Positions 26,994 through 39,648 of a stretch of DNA of 64,000 bases are shown piece by piece. Within the stretch, counting starts at the first letter, position 1, and each line of letters begins with the position of its first letter. The position numbers were made by a program, and so were the translations under genes. This stretch comes from Octopus vulgaris (taxonomy: Eukaryota). The DNA lies in the NCBI GenBank assembly GCA_951406725.2, contig OX597815.1, forward strand, positions 155,496,001 through 155,560,000, read 5' to 3'. The notes beneath the pieces are model-generated. The model was not told the DNA's origin. It did no database searches and saw only the letters and a list, made by a program, of their open reading frames with translations.

Positions 26994-28909
26994 ATATATA
27001 TATATATAGTTATTTATTTCTATTTGTTTATTTATCTGTGTATTTATTATGTTTTCAGGATCCTCTATTGTCATATGTTGTGGTGTGTGTTAGTGCTCCA
27101 TTCTAGTTTTCTATTCAGGCTAGGTTTATTTTCTATTATGTGTGTAGCTTCTGTAATTTGTCTGATTGTTGCATCTGTTCTATGTGTGGACAATATTTTA
27201 ATTTCTATATTGTTGATTGATCCCCCGTGTCCCTGTTCGGCGTGTTGGTACAGAATCGATGAGCTTTTACCTTCCTTGAGTTGTCTCCAATGTTCATTTA
27301 TTGTACAGGTAGTTATTGTATATATTTTTGTCATTTATTGCACAGGCACAATAAAATTTACATGCAATAAAAATGTAAAATGTAAATCATCCTTTCTTTC
27401 TTAAATTTCTAAATTTTTTTTCATTCTGTGAAATTTCCATGAGGCCTGCTAGTTTGTATATACATTATTATACACATGTATAAAATATAATGCAGTCTCA
27501 TGTGTTTGAGTGTGTGTGTATGCATTTCTGTACTGATCACTTATGTCATGCCAACTGACTTTACTATCCTTTACTGAGGTTACCCAACAAGATAGAAATA
27601 TGTCCATTGCCTTTTAGCAGTTGGCTTTAAGGACAAGATCCTTCCCAACTGCATTGTCTTTATTTTCCCAAAACTGGGATTAGCTGATATTAATGAAGTT
27701 ATCTCCTTGTCTTTTTTTTGTTTTGTTTTAAATGCCTTTAGAATGGTTTTGAGAGAGAAAGGAAGCTTCTGATTGCAAGGATAATCTCAGTTAATAGAAA
27801 ATTTCCAACTCAGTATATTACTTATATGAAACCATTCCATACATGGGAAACTCTTCCAGGCACAGAAGTGACTGTGTGGTAAGTAGCTTGCTTACCAATC
27901 ACATGGTTCCAGGTTCAGTCTCACTGCGTGGCACCTTGGGCAAGTGTTTTTTACTATAGCCTTGGGCTGACCAAAGCCTTGTGAGAGAATTTGGTAGATA
28001 GAAACTGAAAGAAGCCCGTCGTATATATGTGTATGTGTTTGTGTGTCTGTGTTTGACTCCCCCCCCCCACCAACATCACTTGACAACCAATGCTGGTGTG
28101 TTTACACCCCCATAACTTAGCGGTTTGGCAAAAGAGACCGATAGAATAAGTACTAGGCTTACAAAGTATAAGTCCTGGGGTCGATTTGCTTGACTAAAGG
28201 TGGTGCTCCAGCTTGGCTGCAGTCAAATGACTGAAGCAAGTAACAGAGTAGCAGAATAACAGAATACTTTGGTAATGACTATATTAATACAATAATGTTT
28301 TGGATAGTTTGACTTTAATGATGATGATTAGCAAGATGATAATATGGATAAAATTTCTTCTAAAACATATTTCTTCATTACATAAAAAATATTATAAATA
28401 ATATCACGAAGAAAGAAAAAGAATGAGAAAAAGGAAGGGAGGGGGAAACGAAAAAATTGATGTATTATATTAACAAATGAGTATTGAACAAGCTTTCCAT
28501 TAAATAGTAACAGAATGGAATTAAATTATCAATGAAACTAATAACTGATTTCATGTCTCTCTTTCTCTTTACCTCTCTGCCTCTCTTTTTCAATTATAGC
28601 CAATCTCAAGATAATTTGGTAGGAAATTCAAATAGACACATTACATTTCATTGTTCTGATTAGTCAGTGACCCTGTTTACAGCTCAAATATAATCTACAT
28701 TAGAGAACTGCTCACATATCTGGGACAGTACATACAGCTGCAACATACATCTTATATTACATTTAAAAGAAGATAAGAACCATTCATCTGATTGGTAATA
28801 CTTTCTCACCAACATACTACAACTTCTTGCTCACAAACATTCTCTTTCTATTTTCTTCTTTCTACTTCTATTGCTGCTTCAGTAATCATTCCACATCTGA
28901 AGTAATTAG

Positions 28910-29200
28910 TTATTTGTTTGTTCCTTCTCGAGCCATGCCTGGCTCATAAGGGCCGGTTTCCTTGGCATATAGGTTCCCCACCTGGATGGGATGCTGGACC
29001 GTTGCAAGTGAGCTGCAAGATGCAGGAGGAAGGAGTGAGAGAAAGTTGTGGCAAAAGAGTCAGCAGAAGTTCGCCATTACCTTCTGCCAGAGTCACGTGG
29101 AGCTTAGGTGTATCATTCATAAACACACACATCACCCGGTCTGAGATTCAAACCCGCGATCCCTCGACCACGAGTCCACTGCTCTAACCACTAGGCCATA
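28910..29200 (-). mobile_element. tRNA-derived SINE, family B2 (also 55985-56278 -)
   Basis: Head and middle related to family B (tggcctagtggttagagcag, acctaagctcca, caactttctctcactc) but a different tail, gagccaggcatggctcgagaaggaacaa. Confidence 0.8.
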
Positions 29201-30132
29201 ATAGGAATAAATTATAGACACAGGTATATCTCTGAACTTAAGAATTTCACTTTGCAACCATATAGTCTTAGGTTCTGTTCAACTGTGTAGCCACTTATGC
29301 AAGTGTCTTTTACCATTGAATTAGTTTGACCAATGCCTTGTGGTGAAATTGGTTGACAAGAACTTTATAGAAGCCTTTGTTTCTATGTTTTTGTGCATGA
29401 GAATTGTCAATTACGCTTCTAGCATGAGTTTGTCTGAGTGAAAAAAATATTTACAATCCCAGTGTCTAATAGCTCTACACTCTCAAGACAGTGGAATAAT
29501 TAAAACCCTAACTTGGGAAAAAAAAATCCTTTCTTGTAAAACAGGAAATTATTGACACAAAATGGGCATCTGGTTTTAAAATACTACTTCAAATAAGTAT
29601 CTACCTAACCTATGCCAGCATAGAAAAAATAAATATGTAAAAGGAAAACTGAAATTAGTTTGTCATGAGGAAGAGAAAAAGTCTGAAATTTCAAGCAGGG
29701 GACTTGATTATAGAGAAATATAACATTTGTTTTGGTAAAGAAAGTTGGGTTATGAGAGGAAAAAAAAGTGAAGAAGGCTGGAAAGAAATAATAAAGAATA
29801 AAGTTGTAAGGAGAAATGCATGTTTGTAGAACAAGAGTGCTAGGTTTATTTCTATTTTTTATGTTGAATGGTGATGGCATTAAGGGTTTCTACAATTTTG
29901 AGAGAAACTAGGATACACCTCTAATAGCATTTCTTAGCTGAGTCGATGTTTTATAATGTCTTAGTATTTTAACATCTTTCCTCTAATATCAAAAGGTAAC
30001 TGACCCGCGCTCCAAATAGAAGTGAAGATTTTGCAAATTTGGCTGCCGAAATATCTCTATGAAATGTAGCATTCACTTTGGTAGAAAGATAAAGTTTTCC
30101 GGATCCTCTCCAAATATACAATTCCTTAAAAG

Positions 30133-30293
30133 TTCATTATTTACATTATTTACATCTGACAGATATTTGTCCTCATCTTGTTTGTTGTTAACACGTTTCA
30201 GCTGATACACCCTCCAGCCTTCATCAGGTGTCTTGGGGAAATTTCAAACCTGGGTTCTCATTCCTAAGGTATTTTTTGCTGTTGTTGTTGTTG

Positions 30294-30329
<36 letters not shown>

Positions 30330-30577
30330 TCACTGCCTGGAATCAAACTTGGAATCTTGGGGTTAGTAGCCCATGCTCTTAACTACTATGCTATAATAAT
30401 AATAATAATAATAACAACAACATCAAAAAATACCTTAGGGATGAGAACCCAGGTTTGAAATTTCCCCAAGGCACCTGATGAAGGCTGGAGGGTATATCAG
30501 CCAAAACATTGTGTTAGCAACAAACAAGATGAGGACAAATATCCTTCAAATGTAAATAATGTAAATATAGAACTGTA
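30133..30577. mobile_element. Head-to-head inverted dimer of a tRNA-head/(AAT)n/hammerhead element, flanked by a 10-bp direct repeat
   Basis: Left unit on minus (30133-30393, with most of the tRNA head), right unit on plus lacking the head. tccttaaaag at 30123-30132 and 30578-30587. Hammerhead motifs at 30232-30190 (-) and 30470-30515 (+). Confidence 0.85.
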
Positions 30578-30717
30578 TCCTTAAAAGGTTGTTCTCAACT
30601 CATCAGCAGTTGTACTCTTTGCAGTGGCAGAGTTTGCTTGAAATTGCCAGAGAGCAAGACTGTGATGCCACCTATGCTGTTAGTCTTTCTTCTGAGTTCT
30701 TGTAAAGTATGATTAAG

Positions 30718-31094
30718 GGATCTTTTCGGTTTGAACGGCAGTTTTTTCTAGCGGTGTCATATGAAATTGTCACCCATAATTATGACCCTAGTATCGATCT
30801 ATTGCATTTCAATCTGTTTTAGGGTTAGGGTTAGGGGTGGGGGAAGGGTTTCTTAAATGAGGGACATATTCATATGGTACAGAATGTTTTTTACCTCAAT
30901 AGATGTTATTGATTGGTTGAAATTGCAGAAATTGAAAAAAAACAACAACAAATATCTTACAAACTATAGAATCTTCTCAATAAAGCCAAGAGAAAAAGAT
31001 GTTTTATAAACACATTCTACCAGTATACGAAGTTAAAAGTGTTTAGTTACGTGGAAATTATTTTTAAAAACTGCCGTTCAAACCGAAAAGATCC
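30718..31094. mobile_element. MITE with perfect ~29-bp TIRs and internal TTAGGG repeats
   Basis: ggatcttttcggtttgaacggcagttttt / aaaaactgccgttcaaaccgaaaagatcc; flanks gattaag and gatgaag (possible 7-bp TSD with one mismatch); (ttaggg)3 at about 30818-30836. Confidence 0.85.
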
Positions 31095-32702
31095 GATGAA
31101 GCCCTTCAAACGCAAGTCAGTGAGGTATTGTACACTCAAACCTTCACTATAGCCTGCTTTGGAACCTCTGCCTCTCCAGAAAGATCATATCTGGAATTAT
31201 GAGCAAGGTTAATTAACAGCTTAAAAGCAAAATGAAGAGTCCTACCATTTATGGCTAAAGTTGCAATTTAGTCCCAAAGTGGCCACATTAGACTGAATAA
31301 ACAAACTTTTTTACTAAGATTAGATTAATAAAAACAATTTTATCTGCAACCAGGAGCACCAAGAGAAATTTCTTTGAAAGTCAAATAGCACAAGTTGTTT
31401 GATTACTGGAATTGTACATAAAAGATGTAAACATTAGCTGTGGTGGTTTTGATTAATGTTGTACTTGATATAATACATATCCCATCAGTCTATTCTGGTC
31501 ATTTTGCCAAAGATGCCAAGGCTGAACAGAAATAACTAAAGGAACTTGTATGTAGTAGGTTGATCTGCTATAAGTACCAGCTAAATGTCCTCTTATTCCT
31601 ATCATAACTTATTCCCTTAAAAATGAAGGTATACACTATAGAAAGTGTTTCTTGATATGCAAAAAAGATGGATGGACATTATAGTTATATTCAAGCCTGA
31701 AATAGCCAGAAATATTTGGCTTAAATCACACAGCCTACTGTCTAAAAGAAGGAAGGACACATTGGAAAACAATATATTTCCTGATGTATGAAATAACAGG
31801 AAGGTCATGGTTAGAAAGAATTTTACCATAGGTTTTCTTAAGGCTGATTTGGGAGTAAAGAAAAACAATAGAATATTGTGTACATCTTAATTTGTTTTCT
31901 ATTTGGTCTTCCTTCCCATTGTGGAGTGAATGTGCAAAAGAGTGAAAACAAAATGACATTGAGTCTATAAAACTGATGTAAAACAGCAAAAGTAGAGAAA
32001 GTAGGCAGATGAATTAGAATGAGTGTTGACAAGGAAGGAGGGCAAGATACTAAAGGGATTACATATAGATAATGTTGAAGTATTAGAGAGAGTGTCTTAT
32101 CTTATAGAAAGAAGAATGAAATCTAATGCTAATAGTCTCTGAGTGGAGAAAGGAAAATATAGAAGATTAAGTATGAAAATAATTATGAGCTGTGGGAGGG
32201 GTTTCATAATAGCGAATTGAAAGGGAAAGAGAGAGGAATAAAATGCACATATACACAAACATTACAGTGTTGAAAGCAGATATAGAACAATAATGATGAT
32301 GATATATAAAATGCATAAAACTTAGTGGGACAATATATATATATATATAGCTGTGTAAAAATTAGTGTTCATGCATTTGCATATGTTTAAGGTTTATGCA
32401 TTAACGTGTGTATGCATGTTTTTATATAAGCATTTACATCATGAAAAAGGCATTTTGTGCCATTTAAAATGTGCATAAAAAGTGAAATTTATTTGACGGC
32501 CAAAGAAATATAAAAACACATTTAGCAGCCTTTATGTCTTAAATGGCTTTTCTACAAAATAATGTTTTCAGTTTCATTACAGTCTCAGATCAAGACATTG
32601 TTGTGCAAATATAACTTCAATATATATATGTGTGCGTGTGTGTTCTTTTCCTTAAGAGAGATTAAGTACAAATTTTTTGGCAACAAATAATATTTACAAC
32701 TG

Positions 32703-32747
<45 letters not shown>

Positions 32748-33329
32748 AACACACGCAGACATGCACAGATGATTTATGAATATCAAACAACTGAGAGGGG
32801 AGTGCTCAATACATGTAGAACTATAGTTTACTGAAACTGATGTTTTATCTTGTGATTAAAATTTCATGTCACTGCATATTATATAATCAAATTCGGTGAT
32901 TGGCATCCGTGCAAGTGGGGCGCAAAGAGCACCATACGAGCGTGATCGTTGACAGAGCGGCTAACTGGCTTCTGTGCCAGTGGCGCATAAAAGGCACCAT
33001 TCGAGTGTGATCATTACCAGCGTCGCCTTACTGGCACTTGTGCTGGTGGCACGTGTAAAAACATTCAAGTGAGGTCGTTGCCAGTACCACCTGACTGGCA
33101 CCCACTACACTCTACATTAGGAAGGGCATCCAGCTGTAGAAACTCTGCCAGATCAAGATTGGAGCCTGGTGCAGCCATCTGGTTCACCAGCCCTCAGTCA
33201 AATCGTCCAACCCATGCTAGCATGGAAAGCAGACATTAAACGATGATGATGATGATAATGATATAAAATATACTGCTCTGTGACAGAAAATTCAATAAAA
33301 ATAAGTACTCCATCTGGTGAGAGATAAAG

Positions 33330-33894
33330 ATTATTTATTTAAAGGCCACAATACATGTATTAAAATGCTATTAATAGTTTCATGCATTGAGAAGACTCAA
33401 ATATATTCTCGTGGCACAAACCACATACCATGATGAACCAAAGAAAGTGAATAATAGAAGAAATGTGAAAAAACTGAGAAGGCAGCATATAGAAAATGCA
33501 GACAGTAAACAATGGAAAATGAAAAGCAGAAACTAAAATGTAAAAAATTGAAAGTAAAAAGGTAAAAGAACTCTCCTCCTTAGACCTTAAATGAAAAGGC
33601 TGGAAAGATATCAAGTCAGTCGGGGATAGGTCTAAGGAGAATAGCTTTTACCTTTTACTTTTTATTTTTGACATTTTAGTACTGTTTTCTATTTTCTGTT
33701 TTCTGTTTTCTGTTGTTTACCATCTGCATTTTCTATACGCTGCCTTCTCAGTTTTTTTTACGCATTTCTTCTATTATTCAATTTCTTTAGTTCGTTAGGA
33801 CATGTGGTTTGTGCCTGAAGAATATGTCTGAGTTTTTTTCAACATATGAAACTATTAGTAGTGCTTTAATACATGTATTGTGACCTTTAAATAA

Positions 33895-33899
<5 letters not shown>
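33330..33899. repeat. Fold-back inverted repeat (arms about 260 bp) carrying a hammerhead motif
   Basis: 33330-33587 is an imperfect reverse complement of 33628-33899. Motif at 33811-33864: gtgc-CTGAAGA-atatg...catat-GAAA-ctattaGTA. Confidence 0.85.
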
Positions 33900-33937
<38 letters not shown>

Positions 33938-33939
33938 TA

Positions 33940-34232
33940 TAAATGTAATATGTGACAATTATTCGGTAGCCATGATAAAACTCCGAGTTTTGGATGCCGA
34001 GGTGGAAATCCACACCGCCATCTCTTCAGTTATCGGGCCATCACTTCTACTGTATTTTTCCGATGGCCGGATAACTGAAGAGATGGCAGTGTGGATATCC
34101 ACCTCGGCATCTGAAACTCAGAGTTTTATCATGGCTACCGAATAATTGTCACATATTACATTTACAGATAAATCCCTCTATTTACATAATATCGAGATCT
34201 CTTTCTTTCTTTTGTTGTCTTACCATTTTTAT

Positions 34233-34235
<3 letters not shown>
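33940..34235. repeat. Fold-back inverted repeat (arms about 103 bp, 19-bp spacer) carrying a hammerhead motif, inside (TA)n
   Basis: 33940-34042 pairs with 34062-34164. Motif gataa-CTGAAGA-gatg...catc-yGAAA-ctcrgaGTT-ttatc at 34070-34130 (+) and 34034-33974 (-). The right arm runs on about 70 bp. Confidence 0.88.
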
Positions 34236-34273
<38 letters not shown>

Positions 34274-35401
34274 CATATAAGATACCATGATGTCTAGGCA
34301 AATAAAGAAACTCATGTTCACATGTGGTATGAGCATGAGCACTTATGTATATGCGTCTACTGGAAAAATAAAAAGTTGACTGAGTTGCAACTATATACAC
34401 AAGCATAAATACTTATGCATGTATAATATTACATATACATTTGTCATTTCATAAATTTGTATTTGCATACATGCACTCACATATACCATTATTTATAATT
34501 CCTATTATATACACTCACATGAAATGTGAAAAACATTTACTCAGTTACCAAAAGCAAACACATATGCACACACTGCTCACTCTGTAATGTCACTGAACAC
34601 AAGCAGCAGCAATTTTGCTGTGTTGATACTCTGTTAAATTTATTTTGAAATTTCATTAAAGGCTTATGGGTTTAATATCATTACATATTTATATATGCAC
34701 TGAGGATGAAAGGCACAAAGAAATCATGCCTTACTGGTATCAATATATTCCTTTATTGAATTTCTTTGATAAAATTAATATTTTGGTAAAGAATTGGCAG
34801 TCATTTCTTTTTGTACATAATAATTAACATCTATATAGTTTTTGCCTGGGTTGGCACTGCTTTACTTTGGCCGAGCAGACTGCATGTGCCATATGCATAC
34901 ACTATATGCAGAGTAAACCTAAACAAGCGACCAGATTTACAGCAACATTCAATTCATGTAATCATGCATGAAACAAATGAAACGCAAAAGTGTTCTTAAA
35001 GAAATAGAAAATAAGCTTAATGACAAGGTAGGTAACTCTCCTTTCCTCAGTCTGTCTGTATGACAACTAGAACAGAATTTGTGATTATCTAAGTTGAATT
35101 ATCGATATAATTTCTTCCAAAGCAAACAAGTGTGTAACTTTTTTTTTACATGTTATCTCTAGCATATTCTCTAGCAATGGAAAAATAGTACATTACGAAA
35201 TATAACTTTGCATTGATCTGTTATGTGTGTGTTCATATATGTATTTTGTGTTTGTGAGTATGCATGCAAACATGTGTCTGTATGTGTAAGCATGTGTATT
35301 TTTTTAAGTGTGTTTGACCAAGCATGAATATATTCTAACCTTCAAAAGCATGCTAATGAAAATGTATGCAAAACAAAAATATTGTGTGTGTGTGTGAGTG
35401 A

Positions 35402-35438
<37 letters not shown>

Positions 35439-35441
35439 TAA

Positions 35442-35485
<44 letters not shown>

Positions 35486-35859
35486 ATGCATGTGTTTGTG
35501 TGTGTGCATTTGCATGAACACAAAGCATATCTGTTATCTATGGTAAAAACATGCTCTCAGATAAGTCCCTAGCTTTTTTTTCTATCAAAAATTCTATGAG
35601 ACTCATTAGGATATTTTGTAACAATAGTAAAATTCTTAATAGCTAGATACAAAGAATAAGATCAATAGTGGATATTACTAACAGCTCGTATTTTATATTT
35701 TTTCATGAAGTTAGTACGTTTGGTGCAATGAATATTTCATGATTTCAACTATGTTGGAAAAGCTTATGATGAATGTTAACGTTCTACAATTACATCTTGG
35801 TAGAGTCATTGCAACTATTAAAAGGCACATGCACTGCAATGTTTAATTCATTCTCATGT

Positions 35860-35907
<48 letters not shown>

Positions 35908-37863
35908 CCTTTCTACTATAGACACAAGGCCTGAAATTTGGGGGAAGGGGATAGTTGATTACATCAAGCCCAGTACTCAACTGGTACTTATTTAAATTGA
36001 CCCCGAAAGGATGAAAGGTTAAGCCAATCCTGGTGGAATTTGAACTCAGAATGTAAGGATGGACGAAAGCCACTAAGCATTTTGCCCTGTGTGCTAATGA
36101 TTCTGCCAGTAGAGTTATGGAGAAAGTGATATGACATTTAGTCATGTCCTGAGTTCCTTCTGATTATTATTTATCGTTTTTTTTTAACCACTAGTCAGGA
36201 AGAAAAGGCTGTGCCCATGACCCTTTCACAGGGCTTCTGAAACTCATGGGAGAAGAGAAGACAGCATCTTCAAATTGAAGAGTTAGCCTGATGTTTGCAG
36301 CAGTGTAGACACTGCTAAAAAGACCTAAAGTGCCAGGTAGTGGCATGAAACCACGTAATGAATTAAGTTTACTATGGCGAAGAGCCAAAACAGATACTGT
36401 ATGGTATTCGATCTAATGTTTTTGCATTCCATCGATCTGCCATCTTGCATTGGTACTCTTTTATCGACCACAAAAGGATAAAAGGTAAAATTGATCTTTG
36501 TGAGATTTGAACTCAGAGTGCAGGAAGACATACCTTGAGGCATTCTGACACCCTCACAATTCTGACAATCTGTCAACTATACATAATTCAAGCCAGCAAT
36601 CTTGTAACATATATTCAGGGTTCAAAGCTTACCAAGTTCAACTTTGCTTTTTGTCATTCCTGAGTTGATAAGACCAATGTTATAAGACCAGATATAAGTA
36701 ACTGATATAAGTAACTGATAAGACCAGATATAAGTAATTATGCTCCTTCGCCAAAAGTGTATTACAAATTAGACGTTACAAAATATTTTGTTATACATTT
36801 AATGGAAACAATGACTCTACAAGGCTGCAAGTTATTTGAGTCCTAACATCATATCAAACCACTCACCAAATAACTGTAACTCAAGAATTATTGTTTAAGA
36901 TTTTACCAATTAGTAATAATTAAAATATGTGAATAATATAGAGAATTCTAAAGAGGAGAGAAAAAACATTCTGCAAAATAGAAAAATAAAGGGAAATAAG
37001 TAAAAAAAAAAATTAAAATATAAAAATTATGCAAGAAATTGGAATAATGTAGAAATTAAATAATCAATGCAATTTACCTTACAAGAAAGAGGAATGATCC
37101 TCTTAATTTTTTTTCATTTACTTCAGATCATATTAACTACTCTAATTATTTTCAATTCTTAGAAACACATATGGTTGCTGGGGAATTCAAAGGAAAAAGA
37201 CATATTCCAATTTTTATTAGGATACAAGGATTGGAGGTAAAAAAAAAAGGTATTGTATTCCTAAGTAAGACTCTTTTTTTTCTGAGTAAAATTTTAAATA
37301 ATTTTAAATGAATATGAATATAGACCTTAAGCATTTGACACTAATCTTAAATAAGCACAATAAGTTAAGTATGCTTCCAAATGATTAACAGATTTTTCCT
37401 AAGTTAATCTGGGTTCTTGGATTCCTCTAAATAAAAGCAATTATTAAATAGTGACAATAATACACAGTCACATACACAAACAACAATCTGTTGCTGCTGA
37501 TCTGTTTGAGTAAAAGTGATAATAACTTAGTGGTGGGTAATAGGACACATAGGCAATAGTTTGAGTAGTTTGCCATGGGTCTACTTTGGCTTGCCTTAGA
37601 CTACACATAGTTAGAAATAATCACTTAGAATGTTATATGTCCTGAAGGAAGAATAACAGACACCTTGGAACTGTGAAGTGGCAGCTAAGAAAGCCTAAAG
37701 CAGTTACGACCATTGTCCTTTGTCCACTCCTGATTTTATTAACAAACTGCTAATAAGTATAACATGGAAGTAAGGCCTCACATTTGAAATTGAATACAGT
37801 TGAATATATCAACCCCTGTACAATGCAACTGCTTTATTTTATTAACTCTATAAGGATGTAAAG

Positions 37864-38093
37864 GCAGCGAGCTGGTAGAAACGTTAGCACGCTGGGCGAA
37901 ATGCGTAGCCGTATTTCATCTGCCGTTACGTTCTGAGTTCAAATTCTGCTGAGGTCGACTTTGCCTTTCATCCTTTCGGGGTCGATTAAATAAGTACCAG
38001 TTACGCACTGGGGTCGATATAATCAACTTAATACCTTTGTCTGTCCTTGATTGTCCCCTCTGAGTTTAGCCCCTTGTGGGTAGTAAAGAAATA
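37864..38093 (+). mobile_element. SINE family D with 15-bp TSD (other copies 35905-36110 -, 41418-41636 +, 49050-49276 -, 59180-59630 -)
   Basis: Head ggcagcgagctggtagaaacgttagc...gagttcaaattc; core ctttgcctttcatcctttcggggtcgat-aaataagtaccag (resembles the Meta-type SINE domain); TSD tataaggatgtaaag at 37849-37863 and 38094-38108. Confidence 0.88.
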
Positions 38094-39648
38094 TATAAGG
38101 ATGTAAAGCAAAGAAGGCTGTAGCAGGATTTGAACTGAGACTGTAAAGAACTGCAACTAAGAACAACAAGTTATTTTGACTAAGGGTTAATGATTCTACC
38201 AGTTCAACAATATTAAAAGAATTAACAATTATTGATCTTTTTCATGTAAAATGCAATTAGTTAATTATTTGAAGGCATCCTTAACTCAATGTGCTTGTTT
38301 GTTTTTTTGGTGTCAAAATCTTAAAATCAATTGCATTTGTTTTCTGTAAAGGATTCCATCTTTGAGAATAAAATTAAGTTACATACAAACACGAAATAAA
38401 ATTCTCGTTCTTTAAGGAACCACTTGCAAGAAATACTTATAACTGCCACATTAAATCTGTAAAACTTTTTATATGTAATATAATATGCTTTTTTCATGGT
38501 TCTTTAAAAGAAAATAGTTTAAAAAGAACATTTGATTAAAATGTAACTTGTATTAAAAAGGATCTTTTTAAAGAAGTGCATTCAAGGCATTTTGATTTAA
38601 AAAATAGTATTTCCAAATAAGAATATTAACAATATTCCACTTATTGAAAACATGCTTTATTGAAAAAAAAAAGAGTTCTGTAAAGTTATATTGAAAGATT
38701 CTTGAATACTATAACAAAATGGTTCCTCACACAAAGAGCTTAGTCTTAGAACTTAATCCAATATCCTGCTTTTCAAGGACCTATAACTGTCATTATTTCC
38801 TAAAGAGCAGGGTCACAAAATTAGTGCTTATTCAATACAGAGTACCTGATTTTCCTTGCCATGAATCATTTCAGAAATAATTAAAAACATATTGCTATTT
38901 AATCTTGGGTTAATACGGATCAAACAGACTTTCGATTGAAAGGCATTCTAGCTGTGATCACCCCACCATTTGATTTTCAGACACATTGTATCTAAGATCA
39001 CAATAGCAAAGGTTACTCATTTTTAAAGTTGTGATTTGATGGAAACTTGTTAACTATTTCTATTAGATTGAGCAACCCTATAGAAACTTCATTTTGTTGA
39101 AATAAATAAGTATGCTGTAAGAAGCAAAAAGGGAAAAAAAATCCATTGTTTCAAGTGACACTGCCTGAAATCTTAATTTTTTATCTCTCACACCACACCA
39201 ACACTTCTAAGGTTGAATTTTAGAGATTGATGTGCATAGAAAGATCCATCCAACCTGTATGTGTGGAGGCAAAAGTGGGGAATGAAAGGTTTTTAAAGGC
39301 ATCTGATCCTCTAGACTAGTTGTCCCTATTTTTAAAGACTCTGTTATGCTGCAATACTACACAGTGGCTGTGTGAGCTATGAAATCCTCATTGATACTGT
39401 TATATCGCATGTTTGGATGACCTCTACTCTGCTTTAGTCTCTCTACTCCGACTGCTACTCAACTGTGCTCTAGTCTGAACTCTGATGTCTAGGCTTCTCC
39501 CACTATATCTATGTATTGGGCTAGTCTACTTCATCATCAGGGGGCGTCCACACAACAGACTCTCTCTCTCTCTCTTTTCTTCTGTGTGTATATATATTGA
39601 TCAAATTATAAACTAGGGTGAGCAGTCACCATTTTCTTTCATACTGGC

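Larger units (their letters stand above)
26040..27370 (-). mobile_element. Penelope-like element 3' end: GIY-YIG endonuclease remnant plus terminal region with hammerhead motif, interrupted by a SINE
   Basis: ORF 27071..27334 INEHWRQL...SILYQHAEQGH...IEIKIL...RQITEATHIIENKPSLNRKLEW fits the Penelope GIY-YIG C-terminal pattern (EH, H..H, R..xEA..I...P.LN). Hammerhead-like motif downstream at 26221-26177. Confidence 0.8.

Noticed and set aside
34581-34630. Possible 50-nt alternative exon (EYQHSKIAAACVQ*) in the last intron
   Set aside because: AG/GT boundaries exist but the acceptor has no good pyrimidine tract; chance is likely without RNA data.
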